Shown piece after piece: positions 1 to 9,740 of a stretch of DNA of 64,000 bases. Below the pieces are notes generated by a model. That model saw only the letters and a list, made by a program, of their open reading frames with translations, did not search any database and was not told where the DNA came from. The DNA lies in the IMG/VR virus record IMGVR_UViG_3300032516_000001, positions 124,001-188,000 of that record; one strand, written 5' to 3'. The number at the start of each line of letters is the position of its first letter. Position 1 is the first letter of the stretch. A program made the translations under genes and the position numbers.

Positions 1-357
1 TCCAGCTCGGACATATAACCCATCTTTGTCATTCGGATTAGCTATGCCCTCAGATCCAGCAGTCAAACCCGAAAATGGTCCTAAAAATCCACCAGTTGTA
101 TGGGATGCTGATATTGTATCGAGTTCATCAGGCCATATGAATTCAACAAATCCACCATATGTCATAACAACATTCTTACTTTTGGTGAATTTCTCGCCAA
201 AACTCTCCGGATTCGTATGTAAAGCCAACACATAACCAAAGATCGGACGGCCGATTGGATCGGTTATTTGAAACAGCATAGGGCGGCCACGCCGACTACC
301 GCGCCCAGCTTGGAGTGTATCACCAACAAACGGATTTGGGGTATATGGTAATGGCAT
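1..357 (-). CDS. Partial CDS (runs off the window), probable baseplate/tail-tube-initiator type structural protein
   Basis: Manual translation from ATG at 357 is open to base 1 (MPLPYTPNPFVGDTLQAGRGSRRGRPMLFQITDP...LALHTNPESF...VMTYGGFVEFIWPDELDTISAS); lies downstream of the tape measure gene, a typical position. Confidence 0.55.
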   Translation of the reverse strand, partial: MPLPYTPNPFVGDTLQAGRGSRRGRPMLFQITDPIGRPIFGYVLALHTNPESFGEKFTKSKNVVMTYGGFVEFIWPDELDTISASHTTGGFLGPFSGLTAGSEGIANPNDKDGLYVRAG

Positions 358-361
358 CTAA

Positions 362-1156
362 TTACTCATACTTCAAGATTGATTTATTATCTTGAATTGA
401 TTTAGCACGACATGTGGTCCTAATGCGATGGCAGTTTGCACATACTAACTCACATTTCGCGATCTCTGCCATCAATTTTTCTCTCGATTGATGTACCATC
501 GAACCAACACTACGAACTTTAGGTACCATGACATGATCAAAGTCCATCTGGCATGGTTCAAAAAATTCAAGGCAATCTATACATGGATTACTTCGTTTCA
601 ATTTATCTAGAAATAAACGGTTTCTGATCTTGGTTTCATTGTTATTTTTACTCGGTTTATTTGTACGAAGTCTATGACAATTGGCACATATAACATCGCA
701 TTTCTGAATTTCATTTAATAACTTCAATAGTGATGAGTGATAAACCATACGATGTATGTCACATGTCTTAATTTTATGACCACGATGATGGAAATCGATT
801 GCACAAACTGGAAATATTTTTCCACAATCAACACACGGGACAGATTTTAATTTGCGTATTAAATTTATTCTTTCAGATTTTTGTTTTAAATGTGATCTTC
901 TTTGTACTTCACGAGTTCTATTGGTATTCTTCGTTTTAATCCAACGTTCATGTCGTCTGTCTTTATGATTTAACGAATATTTATTAGCTGCAGCTCGACT
1001 TGCTTCTGGTGACTTCCGACGTTTCGGTAATTTAATTGACTCGTAATATTGATGATCATACGCCTTAAAACAATTATCACATCGTCTATCTCTAAATTTT
1101 AGACGTTTAAAAACAACATCAGGTTCGGATAAACCACATTTAGTACAAACAGTCAT
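362..1156 (-). CDS. HNH homing-endonuclease-like protein with two tandem HNH modules
   Basis: CVDCG..IDFHH..KCDVICANCHRLRT and CIDC..MDFDH..KCELVCANCHRIRT; N-terminal CxxC..CxxC. Confidence 0.8.
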   Translation of the reverse strand: MTVCTKCGLSEPDVVFKRLKFRDRRCDNCFKAYDHQYYESIKLPKRRKSPEASRAAANKYSLNHKDRRHERWIKTKNTNRTREVQRRSHLKQKSERINLIRKLKSVPCVDCGKIFPVCAIDFHHRGHKIKTCDIHRMVYHSSLLKLLNEIQKCDVICANCHRLRTNKPSKNNNETKIRNRLFLDKLKRSNPCIDCLEFFEPCQMDFDHVMVPKVRSVGSMVHQSREKLMAEIAKCELVCANCHRIRTTCRAKSIQDNKSILKYE

Positions 1157-1182
1157 ATTATGTGATCCTATAAGGATCCTAT

Positions 1183-4100
1183 TTAGGATTTCCTAGCATG
1201 CCTATCCATCGCGCCGTATACTGCGTGTTCTAGTTGTTGTGGGCTTAGATCAGTTCCATTTATAGTTATATTATAAACGTTTCCTCCTCCACCTCCGCCC
1301 CCACCAATTCCTCCACCAGTTGTTGGCATTACCCTTTCACCACGATGCATCATATATGATCCAGTAGCTGGGATTATGCCACCAGTTGCTTTTCCGCCCA
1401 AAACATCCTTTTGTATTCTGCCCTCCGGTCCTCCCCAATCCCCCCCATGCCAAGGAAGTTGCACTATCTTATCTATACCAACTCCCGCTTCAGATAAAGC
1501 TTTCCCATTTTCAGTAAGAGCATCCCTGACCTCGGAATTCTCTATTGCAGCCATTAGTATTACATGTTCGAGTAATGCGATTCGCAAAACATCAAGCGTC
1601 ACATCTCTGTATTTCTTGAAGTATTTGGTGAAAAAGGTGCTTTTGAATACTATGCCGTCTCTGAGAGATCCAGAGACATCTACCATTGAATCAGCGGATT
1701 CACGCGTATTCTTGGCGGTTTCACCTGAACTTTCTACTTGTTCTACAGCAGCCTCCATTATTTGTTCATCTGTTGAAGCTGCGGCTATTTCAGCTGCAGG
1801 CGGTGCTCCAGCTGCAGGCGATGCTCCTCCACCACCCCCAAACATTCCAAGCATTGGGAATGTTTTTCCCAATAATTTTTGAGCTCCCTCTTTTTCTATA
1901 TCAGCCGCTGGTGATGCTCCTCCACCACCCCCAAACATTCCAAGCATTGGGAATGTTTTTCCCAATAATTTTTGAGCTCCCTCTTTTTCTATATCAGGGG
2001 CTGGTCCTGCGGTAGCACCAGCTAGAACTGCGCCCTTCGCTCCCCCTTTTTTAGCTTCTTCTTCCGCCCTCTTCTTCGCTATTTCTGCCTGTTTAACTTC
2101 AATTTTTGCAGCTTTATCCAAAAGCTTATTTCTATCCTCTTCAGTTTTAGCTTTCGCAGCATCCTGTCTAATCACTCGAGTATCTATATCAGCAACTTTT
2201 GTTGCTGCGGCTTCCGCAAGCTGCTCTTCTTTTTTCTTCTGTTTACGTACTTCTACTGGTTCTGCTCCTGGTCTGACACCAGCTTTAGCATATCCGGCTC
2301 GTTTTACAGCCTCTTCTGATACACCGCGCCCATGTGTAACAAGTTTCGCTTCCATTGCCGATAATGATTCAGGCATGCTGCTCAAAAGTTCCATAACCTT
2401 CTTCTGATCACCAGCTGCAATGGCCTTCTTGAGATTGTTAACGGCTTCCCCAAGAGCATCGGTTGGTAAGCCCCCAGCTGTGAATATATCAGCCATTTCT
2501 TGATTACTCAAAGTTGATACATCTTCTAATGAAGGTAAATATTTTTCGACTGCTGCCGCTAAATCAGTTCCTGTCTTCCCAGATTTAACGGCTTCTTGTA
2601 ATGATTGATTAAACAATTTCATTTGTTCGCCCCTTTCCGGAGCAAGATCTTTGAATGCTTCAGCAACTTCATTTGTAGAATCTGTCATTCTAGCGAACAT
2701 TTTTTGTTGATCTTTATCACCAGTTATCCAACTCCAGAGATCATCCAATAAACCTAATATTGGTTGTAAAACACTGTATAACTTCTCAAGTAAAAATGCT
2801 ATGATATTCGATATTTTGTCAGATATCGATAAGGTTGCATCAACTTGTTCTGCGGCCAAATTTGAAGTTATCTCTTGAACATCCATAGCCGCATCTTGTT
2901 TATTTGATAATTCAGCTGCTTGAAATAATTGTTCATCAGTGGCATTTCTCATCGCTTCCTGTACCTGAGCATCACTCATGTCTTCTTTACCTTGTTTTAC
3001 AGTCTCCTCCAATGCTTTATTCATTGATTTGCTGGAAGTCCGCCCATACATCTTCAATTCGGCACGTTGCGCCTGAAGCGTTTGAGATGTAGTACGTAGC
3101 ATTTCCTGTTGTTCTTGGGAAATGCCTAATGATGTCATGACCTGTTCGCTTATACCATCAAATCCATTAGTAAGAGTTCCTCCCATCTTCGATAAAATTT
3201 GATATGTTCCATATACCCCAGCTCCTTTAAGAGCCGTGGCCATCGATAATGCATCGCCCTTGGCCCTGGCAGCCTCATACCCAGCTAATTTCATAGCATC
3301 GGCTATATCAGCTGGATTTAATTGTTCTCCCTCCGCAGCAGCGCCACCTCTAGCTTTGGCAATAAGTTTGGCCATCGCCCCTTCCCCGCCCTTCATGGCG
3401 GCAATCATATCATCTTCACTAACTCCGTATTTTTTAAAATTTTTAGCCATGGTTTTGGCTTTAATATTGAAATCCTTCTGTAATGCCCCACTAACAAATT
3501 CGGTTCCAGCAACCAATACAGTCTTTAGTCTTTGTTTAAAATCGACAGTTTTAAATCCTTTAGCGAAAGCATCCATGAATTTCTGAACATCTCGAGGACT
3601 CATGGTTCTCGAGAGCAATTTAATGGTGCCAGTTAATTCTTCTAATCTATTCTGATAAAGTTCAACATCGGGTAATACTGATCTGAATATACCCATAAAT
3701 TTTGTCATCGGCATATTAGCAGTAGCGGCAGCCTTTACAATGTTCTCCATCGACAATTGGACATTTTCTGCCGTTATTCCTATCTCACTGACCATCTTGC
3801 CCATCATTCCGGCAGCTTCCTCGGCCTCCATTCCGAGTGCTTTCCCGTATGCGATAGCACTAATGGTAAATTTCTTCACGCCTTCATCTAAAGTTCCTCC
3901 CATATCGATCAAAGTGCTTTGGGTCTTAATCAACGATCCGGTAGACTCCATTGCGAATTTATTAATGACTTTAGCAACAGTTTCGGAAGTAGCCCCATAC
4001 TGCAATAAGTCACCAGCTGCATTGATAGAAGATTGACGTAAATTGTCTATGGCACCGCGGTATGATTTAGCATCTGAAGTAAAGTCATTAGCAGTAGCCG

Positions 4101-4893
4101 ACCCTGCAACTATTGCCTTATTCAATTTGGTCATGTGTTCGCTAGCTGCGCTAAGAACTTGCCAAAATGCTGCAAAAATTCCAACAGCCGCTGTTAATAT
4201 TGGTAGGAATTTGGCTATTGTCCCCATAGCTTGGGCCATAGCACCAGCAGCCCCGGGCCCGGCCCCTTCAGCTCCCAGTCCACCTGCACGAGTAGCTGCA
4301 CCAGCAGCTCCTTTACCCAATGCGTCCGTTAGTCCTTTTCCAATGGCCGCTGGACCGCCGCCTTTACCAAAGGATGCACCGATTCCCTTAATAGCATCCA
4401 TCACTCCAAACTTGGCGGCGTTCCCTAGTTTTTCATATGATTCAGATACTTTATTTACTTTAAGTCCGTGAGCCTTATATTTCTTTTGTGCATTCTCGAT
4501 CTCATTATTCAGCCCTTTGATTTTCTCTTGAACTCCTTTGAAACTCTTGCCTAATTCCTCTTCCTCCTTAGATCCCCCTTGTGCTGATTTCAATCCTTTT
4601 TTTAATGCTTCAGCTTCGTCTAATGCGTCATTTAATTTATCACTTAATTTTCCTAATTCTTTGCCTGATGCTTGTACTCCACTAGATAATGCTTTGCTGT
4701 ATTCTTTTGTTGCTTTCGCTATGTCAGCAAGAGATTCAACGGATATTTTGGTTTGTTTAGATATTTTATTCCATTCAATTCTCGATTTTTGTAATTTCTT
4801 TTGGAATTCACTGAATTGATTTATTGCATCCTGGACGGCTTTTGGATCCATCTCAGGAGTAATAAGCAACTTCACGACGTTTTCGCGTGCCAT
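1183..4893 (-). CDS. Tail tape measure protein
   Basis: 1236 aa, Ala/Gly/Lys-rich and helical; C-terminal ATGG..YMMHRGERV motif typical of tape measure proteins; follows tube and chaperone genes. Confidence 0.85.
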   Translation of the reverse strand: MARENVVKLLITPEMDPKAVQDAINQFSEFQKKLQKSRIEWNKISKQTKISVESLADIAKATKEYSKALSSGVQASGKELGKLSDKLNDALDEAEALKKGLKSAQGGSKEEEELGKSFKGVQEKIKGLNNEIENAQKKYKAHGLKVNKVSESYEKLGNAAKFGVMDAIKGIGASFGKGGGPAAIGKGLTDALGKGAAGAATRAGGLGAEGAGPGAAGAMAQAMGTIAKFLPILTAAVGIFAAFWQVLSAASEHMTKLNKAIVAGSATANDFTSDAKSYRGAIDNLRQSSINAAGDLLQYGATSETVAKVINKFAMESTGSLIKTQSTLIDMGGTLDEGVKKFTISAIAYGKALGMEAEEAAGMMGKMVSEIGITAENVQLSMENIVKAAATANMPMTKFMGIFRSVLPDVELYQNRLEELTGTIKLLSRTMSPRDVQKFMDAFAKGFKTVDFKQRLKTVLVAGTEFVSGALQKDFNIKAKTMAKNFKKYGVSEDDMIAAMKGGEGAMAKLIAKARGGAAAEGEQLNPADIADAMKLAGYEAARAKGDALSMATALKGAGVYGTYQILSKMGGTLTNGFDGISEQVMTSLGISQEQQEMLRTTSQTLQAQRAELKMYGRTSSKSMNKALEETVKQGKEDMSDAQVQEAMRNATDEQLFQAAELSNKQDAAMDVQEITSNLAAEQVDATLSISDKISNIIAFLLEKLYSVLQPILGLLDDLWSWITGDKDQQKMFARMTDSTNEVAEAFKDLAPERGEQMKLFNQSLQEAVKSGKTGTDLAAAVEKYLPSLEDVSTLSNQEMADIFTAGGLPTDALGEAVNNLKKAIAAGDQKKVMELLSSMPESLSAMEAKLVTHGRGVSEEAVKRAGYAKAGVRPGAEPVEVRKQKKKEEQLAEAAATKVADIDTRVIRQDAAKAKTEEDRNKLLDKAAKIEVKQAEIAKKRAEEEAKKGGAKGAVLAGATAGPAPDIEKEGAQKLLGKTFPMLGMFGGGGGASPAADIEKEGAQKLLGKTFPMLGMFGGGGGASPAAGAPPAAEIAAASTDEQIMEAAVEQVESSGETAKNTRESADSMVDVSGSLRDGIVFKSTFFTKYFKKYRDVTLDVLRIALLEHVILMAAIENSEVRDALTENGKALSEAGVGIDKIVQLPWHGGDWGGPEGRIQKDVLGGKATGGIIPATGSYMMHRGERVMPTTGGGIGGGGGGGGNVYNITINGTDLSPQQLEHAVYGAMDRHARKS
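1820..1997. repeat. Two exact 85-bp direct repeats (period 93 bp) inside the tape measure gene
   Basis: 1820-1904 equals 1913-1997; encodes DIEKEGAQKLLGKTFPMLGMFGGGGGAS twice. Confidence 0.95.
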
Positions 4894-4924
4894 ATACTGA
4901 TCCCCATAATGGGAAGTCTAGATA

Positions 4925-6112
4925 TTATTTCTTATTAGCAGTCTGCGTATAATCCATCGGATTTGGCAAATCCAGATTGACCTTTTCGAATTGTTTAACT
5001 CGTTCCAAGTCTATCTGTTGCCATCTATCTCTATATGCCTCTGCTTCAACGCGCCCACCACCCAAAATTCTAGATCCACCAGCTAATGGGAGTGATTTAG
5101 ATTCCGCTGCCTCATCTAAAATTGGGGGTCTCGCATACAGCTGCTTCCTGTATTTATCAATAGATCTAGCCCGTCTACGTAGTTCTTTTTGTTTAATCTC
5201 AATAACCTTATCGTGATAGTCTTTTTCATCTGATAACGCGGCTGATAACTGATTCGCAAGCTCTTCCACTGACTCAGCCCTGAACAATTTCTCAACCGTG
5301 GCCATCCGGCCATCCGGAAGCGTGACTTGTTTCGGCGCAACGTCTTCAGGACCAGCATCGCGATTCAAATACCTAAACAGAACCTTAGTTTTAAGATCAT
5401 ATAAATCCAACTTCTCTTTTTCTTTTCGTCCTTTGTCTTTTTCTTCAACAGCTCTAATACCTTTACCAGCAAAACACCCGCCCATAAATTTGGTATTGGA
5501 CCAATCCGCCTCCAATTGCTCTCGGTTGTCCAATAATCTATTTAATGCAACCCACATCTGTTGACAATAGTTCGCACCCAGTTCATCTGTACCTTGAATT
5601 CCTGTGTTTAATGGTGAATTAATTGGGGAACTTTGCATATGTAACCATTTGAATCTTGATCTATTCTCATGAGCATATACTTCAGTCAATGGATATAATC
5701 TATTAGCTCGAGCATTTAATGAACCAAGATTCCCAGTCATTTCTTCTTGGACTCCGGCTGGGATTTTAGATATTGTCGATATCAATCTACGAATATGTCT
5801 CATTCTATCATATAATGTATTTTCCCCATCAATATATAATATACTATGAGCAATGAATGATGCCCTAAAAGAGGCTCTCACTTCTGTGGATGATTTGCGT
5901 AATAATTTGAAATAATCTAAATTTCGAACTTCATGATGGTTCAATGTCTTGAATATAAACGTTCTGTCTAATATATAAGCTGAACTAGTCAAAAATCCAG
6001 TAAACAGATATTTCTCTAATTCCTCCCAAACATTTTCATCTATCTTTTTATAGTAATCAGGTACACTGATTTCAATACGTCGCTTCTTAACTGGAGCCGT
6101 ATTATCCGTCAT
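4925..6112 (-). CDS. Hypothetical protein, probable tail assembly chaperone-like
   Basis: 395-aa ORF directly upstream of the tape measure gene; assignment is positional only. Confidence 0.5.
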   Translation of the reverse strand: MTDNTAPVKKRRIEISVPDYYKKIDENVWEELEKYLFTGFLTSSAYILDRTFIFKTLNHHEVRNLDYFKLLRKSSTEVRASFRASFIAHSILYIDGENTLYDRMRHIRRLISTISKIPAGVQEEMTGNLGSLNARANRLYPLTEVYAHENRSRFKWLHMQSSPINSPLNTGIQGTDELGANYCQQMWVALNRLLDNREQLEADWSNTKFMGGCFAGKGIRAVEEKDKGRKEKEKLDLYDLKTKVLFRYLNRDAGPEDVAPKQVTLPDGRMATVEKLFRAESVEELANQLSAALSDEKDYHDKVIEIKQKELRRRARSIDKYRKQLYARPPILDEAAESKSLPLAGGSRILGGGRVEAEAYRDRWQQIDLERVKQFEKVNLDLPNPMDYTQTANKK

Positions 6113-6135
6113 CCACAGATTATTCTAATGACAGT

Positions 6136-7089
6136 TTATCGATTAGGTTTACTGAATCTGGGATTCTTACTTTGATTGGCAGGATTCTTATTTATTTGAG
6201 GAGGGGATACAGGAGGCTGTCCGGATACTCTCTGATCTAATACTTCATTATTAACAGATGGCAATCCAACCAATGGTTTCTCGGGGGTACTTTGAGGTGC
6301 ATTGTGTTCCAGTATATTAGTTTGAGATGTTTTTCTCTGGGCTATGGCCTGCTCAATAGGACTCATTTTGCTCATATCTGGAACTGGTAGGGAGGTCACC
6401 GGCTCTGGGATAGTCGGTGGAACCTGGTTCTGGATATAGCCTTCCTGGCTTTCCTCGGGCTCAGAAAGGGTTTTAAATGGGTCGAAAGCTACAGAGGTAG
6501 CTTTTGGCTCAAGAGAGGCTTCCGAGCCCGAAGAAGCGGGCTCTTCGGTCTTGTCTCCAGATTCCATAAGCGGGCGTAAATGTAGTTGCTTTCGAAGGTC
6601 GGCCGCCTTCATTTCTAGTTCAACTAGCTCCTCATGGGGATCCTGAGCATTTTCAAATTTAATTTTTGCCTTATTTCCTTTATTGAATGACTCCATCAAG
6701 TCAGCAAAAATATCGAATGTAGTATCCATCCAATCAGTACTCCAATTTGCCATCTTATAATATACATATTTAGATAAATCTACCCTTATCATTTCTCCTG
6801 GTTTTCTGGGATCCGGAACAGTAAATATTTCTCCTTTATCCCGATAAGGTCTCAAATCTATTTCATCTATTCCAACTATCGCATGAGAAAGACTGACCCT
6901 TTTACTTTCCGCTATAAGGAAGGCTCCTGAGACCCCCTCAGTAGTTATTGTCTCAGTGACTTTAAGCTGGGCTGTGTATGAAATAGGGGATAACCATACG
7001 ATTCTCCCACCGACTTCTCTTTTCCAACACTCATCCCTACCAACGTTAGATATTTGTTCGTCTAATTGTGCTAGAAAATCGTTATCCAT
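6136..7089 (-). CDS. Hypothetical protein, probable tail assembly chaperone
   Basis: Between tube and tape measure genes; N-terminal folded region plus Pro/Ser-rich tail; assignment is positional. Confidence 0.5.
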   Translation of the reverse strand: MDNDFLAQLDEQISNVGRDECWKREVGGRIVWLSPISYTAQLKVTETITTEGVSGAFLIAESKRVSLSHAIVGIDEIDLRPYRDKGEIFTVPDPRKPGEMIRVDLSKYVYYKMANWSTDWMDTTFDIFADLMESFNKGNKAKIKFENAQDPHEELVELEMKAADLRKQLHLRPLMESGDKTEEPASSGSEASLEPKATSVAFDPFKTLSEPEESQEGYIQNQVPPTIPEPVTSLPVPDMSKMSPIEQAIAQRKTSQTNILEHNAPQSTPEKPLVGLPSVNNEVLDQRVSGQPPVSPPQINKNPANQSKNPRFSKPNR

Positions 7090-7124
7090 ATATGGATACA
7101 GTACCGAAGTTGTTCATTCCGAAG

Positions 7125-8924
7125 TTATGGACGCCATACCCATCGTTTCTTACCAAGATCCCATATTTTACTGAAACCCTGTTGTGTCCGTAATTCTTCT
7201 TCCGTAGTTAATGATTTTTTCTCGTTTCCTTTTTTCCGAAGGCCCGATTTGTGGTATCTTTTGTTTGCCTTTACCCAATAATAATCTGGAAGTACTTCCC
7301 CATCCAACTTAAATCCAAGTTTATTATATATCCTACCACTAAACAAACGATTATCAGAAAATGACACAATTGACGTTGGGTCATTTTGTTGTATGAAAAG
7401 ACCGAATATTTTCGACCATACACCATGAATTTTATACTCCGAATTAGAAACCATTCTGAGCAATTCCCAGGGATGAATAGATTGACGAGTTGGATACCCA
7501 AAGGAGATTGCGGCTATTATTTTATTATCTAGGAATACTCCATAATGGAGTTTAGCATTACAACTCCCTATGTAATGAAATTCATCATATAATGGTTTAA
7601 CTTCAGAATGTAAAACAGTCCGTATTTTGCATTCTGAAGGGCGGATAGATTGTGCTCCGGAAAGTGATAATCGATTTTTCAATAATTGTTCAACTTTTGT
7701 TCGTTTAAACGTCCATTCATCTTCAAACAAGGAAATGAAATCAAAACCAGCATTAATGGCGTTATTATATTTTTGTAAATCCCGTCGTTTTGCCCCGAGT
7801 CCACTATGCCAACGGAGTCCGTTATACTCAAGTAGAAAATTTTTACTAGGAATATAAATATCATATTTATACTTATCGATAGGGTGTTCCATTATAACTT
7901 CTAAACCGAGGCTTTCAAACCATGATGCTAAGTCCTGCTGAGCCATACTGATATGATTAGAAGCGCACCCGCAGGTAAGCGACGAACCTTTGACTATGTT
8001 ACCCCATATTGGATCATATCTTTCACCACAAGCGCCACATAAAGCTGGGAATGGCTCACAATATTTTTTTACATCTTCGAGTGGCTGAATCCATCCAGAC
8101 GGAATATCATTAACTGAAATCGGGGTCTTAAGGCTTCTTAGTAATTGTTCATTTTCTTTATACCATTTAACAGCTCTTGACTGACATAAACCACATCTGG
8201 TTGTTTTACCAGCGGTAACATCACATATAATGGACTCTAAAATCCCGCCACATTTACACTTCCATTTAACTTTCTTATTTGACCCGGGTGAGATGCTTTG
8301 CGGGTCAGACATTCTAAGTTGGCCAAATTCAGTATTGGTCCAGTATTCTAGGGATTTAACATTACATAATCCACAAGAAGAAGTGTGTCCTGATGTTACT
8401 AGCCAAATCGGTCTAACCGTTGTCTGTCCGCAATCACATTTCCATAACACTTCCGTATGAGAAGATGGATGAGATTCACATGGGTTGGCCATTTTAAGTT
8501 TGCCATATTTAGTAACCCGAAAATGTTCGGCAGATAATATTGAGCACTTTCCGCATGTTTTAGTGTGGCCCGAAGTAACAGAAGTAACTTGGATATCGAC
8601 TTCACGTCCACAATCACAAATCCAAGTGTGTTTTTTCTTGGATTTAGGCAATAAATCTTGTGGAAATTTTAGTCTTAAACTTCCGTATTTAATATTTTCC
8701 CAATAATCAGCGGTTAAAAGTCCGCATTTGCCGCAAGAAACAGTGCCGCCAGATACAACATCACAAACGGAAGCTATAACACTTCTGCCACAATCACAGA
8801 TCCATTCGACTTTGCGATGTGAACCCCGTGATGAGTCCGATGGACTCATCATCCGAAGTTTACCATATTTTATATTCTGAAAGTGATTGGCAGATAAAAA
8901 TGTAGTTGCAATTGTGTCCATCAC
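7125..8924 (-). CDS. Homing-endonuclease-like protein: Zn-ribbon repeats, PD-(D/E)XK nuclease, Hef-like GNAT-type C-terminus
   Basis: Repeated W.C.CG...SCG.C units; YDIYIP..LLEYNGLRWH nuclease motif; WELLRM..SFSDNR..GRIY.KLGF..KIWDLG. Start is GTG 8924 or ATG 8921. Confidence 0.75.
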   Translation of the reverse strand: MMDTIATTFLSANHFQNIKYGKLRMMSPSDSSRGSHRKVEWICDCGRSVIASVCDVVSGGTVSCGKCGLLTADYWENIKYGSLRLKFPQDLLPKSKKKHTWICDCGREVDIQVTSVTSGHTKTCGKCSILSAEHFRVTKYGKLKMANPCESHPSSHTEVLWKCDCGQTTVRPIWLVTSGHTSSCGLCNVKSLEYWTNTEFGQLRMSDPQSISPGSNKKVKWKCKCGGILESIICDVTAGKTTRCGLCQSRAVKWYKENEQLLRSLKTPISVNDIPSGWIQPLEDVKKYCEPFPALCGACGERYDPIWGNIVKGSSLTCGCASNHISMAQQDLASWFESLGLEVIMEHPIDKYKYDIYIPSKNFLLEYNGLRWHSGLGAKRRDLQKYNNAINAGFDFISLFEDEWTFKRTKVEQLLKNRLSLSGAQSIRPSECKIRTVLHSEVKPLYDEFHYIGSCNAKLHYGVFLDNKIIAAISFGYPTRQSIHPWELLRMVSNSEYKIHGVWSKIFGLFIQQNDPTSIVSFSDNRLFSGRIYNKLGFKLDGEVLPDYYWVKANKRYHKSGLRKKGNEKKSLTTEEELRTQQGFSKIWDLGKKRWVWRP

Positions 8925-8957
8925 TACATAATATCACAACGTAGTGATGGACACAAT
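8911..8957 (-). promoter_or_regulatory. Perfect 17-bp inverted repeat with a TG-A-TATTAT (-10) box in its loop and the endonuclease start codon in its 3' arm
   Basis: 8911-8927 ATTGTGTCCATCACTAC is the exact reverse complement of 8941-8957 GTAGTGATGGACACAAT; 13-nt loop. Confidence 0.8.
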
Positions 8958-8964
8958 ATTAAAA

Positions 8965-9654
8965 TCAGCCAAACACGCCTTGGAACAGGGTAGATCCCAT
9001 TCCTGGAAGAAGAATCGGATTATTACCAGCATCAAGTAAATCACCATAATTATCTGGTGACTCACCATACACCGTAGCCCCATCCGTTACATCGGTCACA
9101 GTTGCCGAAGCATCTTCTGCTACAATTGCTGAATCTGACGGGAAACTCGCGCTGATGCTGTTGAGCCAGCAAGCTTGATAAAATGTGATGAGTGCGAGAT
9201 TCCCAGAACCGTCACTAGCCGTTACTGGAGCTCCATAAATCTTAGTATCATTAGCATTCGTCACGAGTTCCGAAAACACTAATTCTGATTTGATATCAAA
9301 TGGCCATTTGTGTTGACGAAGACTTCTTACCAGACCATCAACACCACCACGATAACCAACTTCCTGAGCAATACCAGCGGTGTAGAGCAAAGTGCGGTTC
9401 AGGGTCAGCGTCATCGGCTCAGTGACACTGGGCACGAGTTCCTGAATCTTATCCCCGAAACCAACACCACGCACCGGATCGATTGTACGAGCTTCATTCC
9501 AGTCAAAAGTCGAAAGAACACCTATCTGTCTCTCAACTACTGGATCAGCACCCGGGTAGGGCTTGGAAATAACCCGGTTCTTCTGCGAAATCGCTACGCG
9601 CGTATTTGGTGAAGAACCACGCTGGTAGATGTAATTGTTTGCTGGAGCTGCCAT
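8965..9654 (-). CDS. Tail tube protein
   Basis: QIGVLSTFDWNE.RTIDPVRGVGFGD.IQELVP..TLTLNR..LY pattern resembles myovirus tube proteins; ATG at 9654 preferred over TTG 9675. Confidence 0.7.
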   Translation of the reverse strand: MAAPANNYIYQRGSSPNTRVAISQKNRVISKPYPGADPVVERQIGVLSTFDWNEARTIDPVRGVGFGDKIQELVPSVTEPMTLTLNRTLLYTAGIAQEVGYRGGVDGLVRSLRQHKWPFDIKSELVFSELVTNANDTKIYGAPVTASDGSGNLALITFYQACWLNSISASFPSDSAIVAEDASATVTDVTDGATVYGESPDNYGDLLDAGNNPILLPGMGSTLFQGVFG

Positions 9655-9740
9655 ATTTTCATAAGACACAAACATTCAAAAATTAATTTATATGTAAATC
9701 AATAATATAATAAACTGATTATTTGAGTGTAATTTATCTT

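Noticed and set aside
1376-4819. Plus-strand ORFs opposite the tape measure gene (and similar ones opposite the sheath, purB and glycosyltransferases)
   Set aside because: Antisense shadows of long genes with biased codon usage.
6112-6200. Lambda G/GT-type programmed frameshift between the two putative tail chaperones
   Set aside because: No XXXYYYZ slippery heptamer is seen near the end of 6136-7089, and the downstream ORF has its own ATG.
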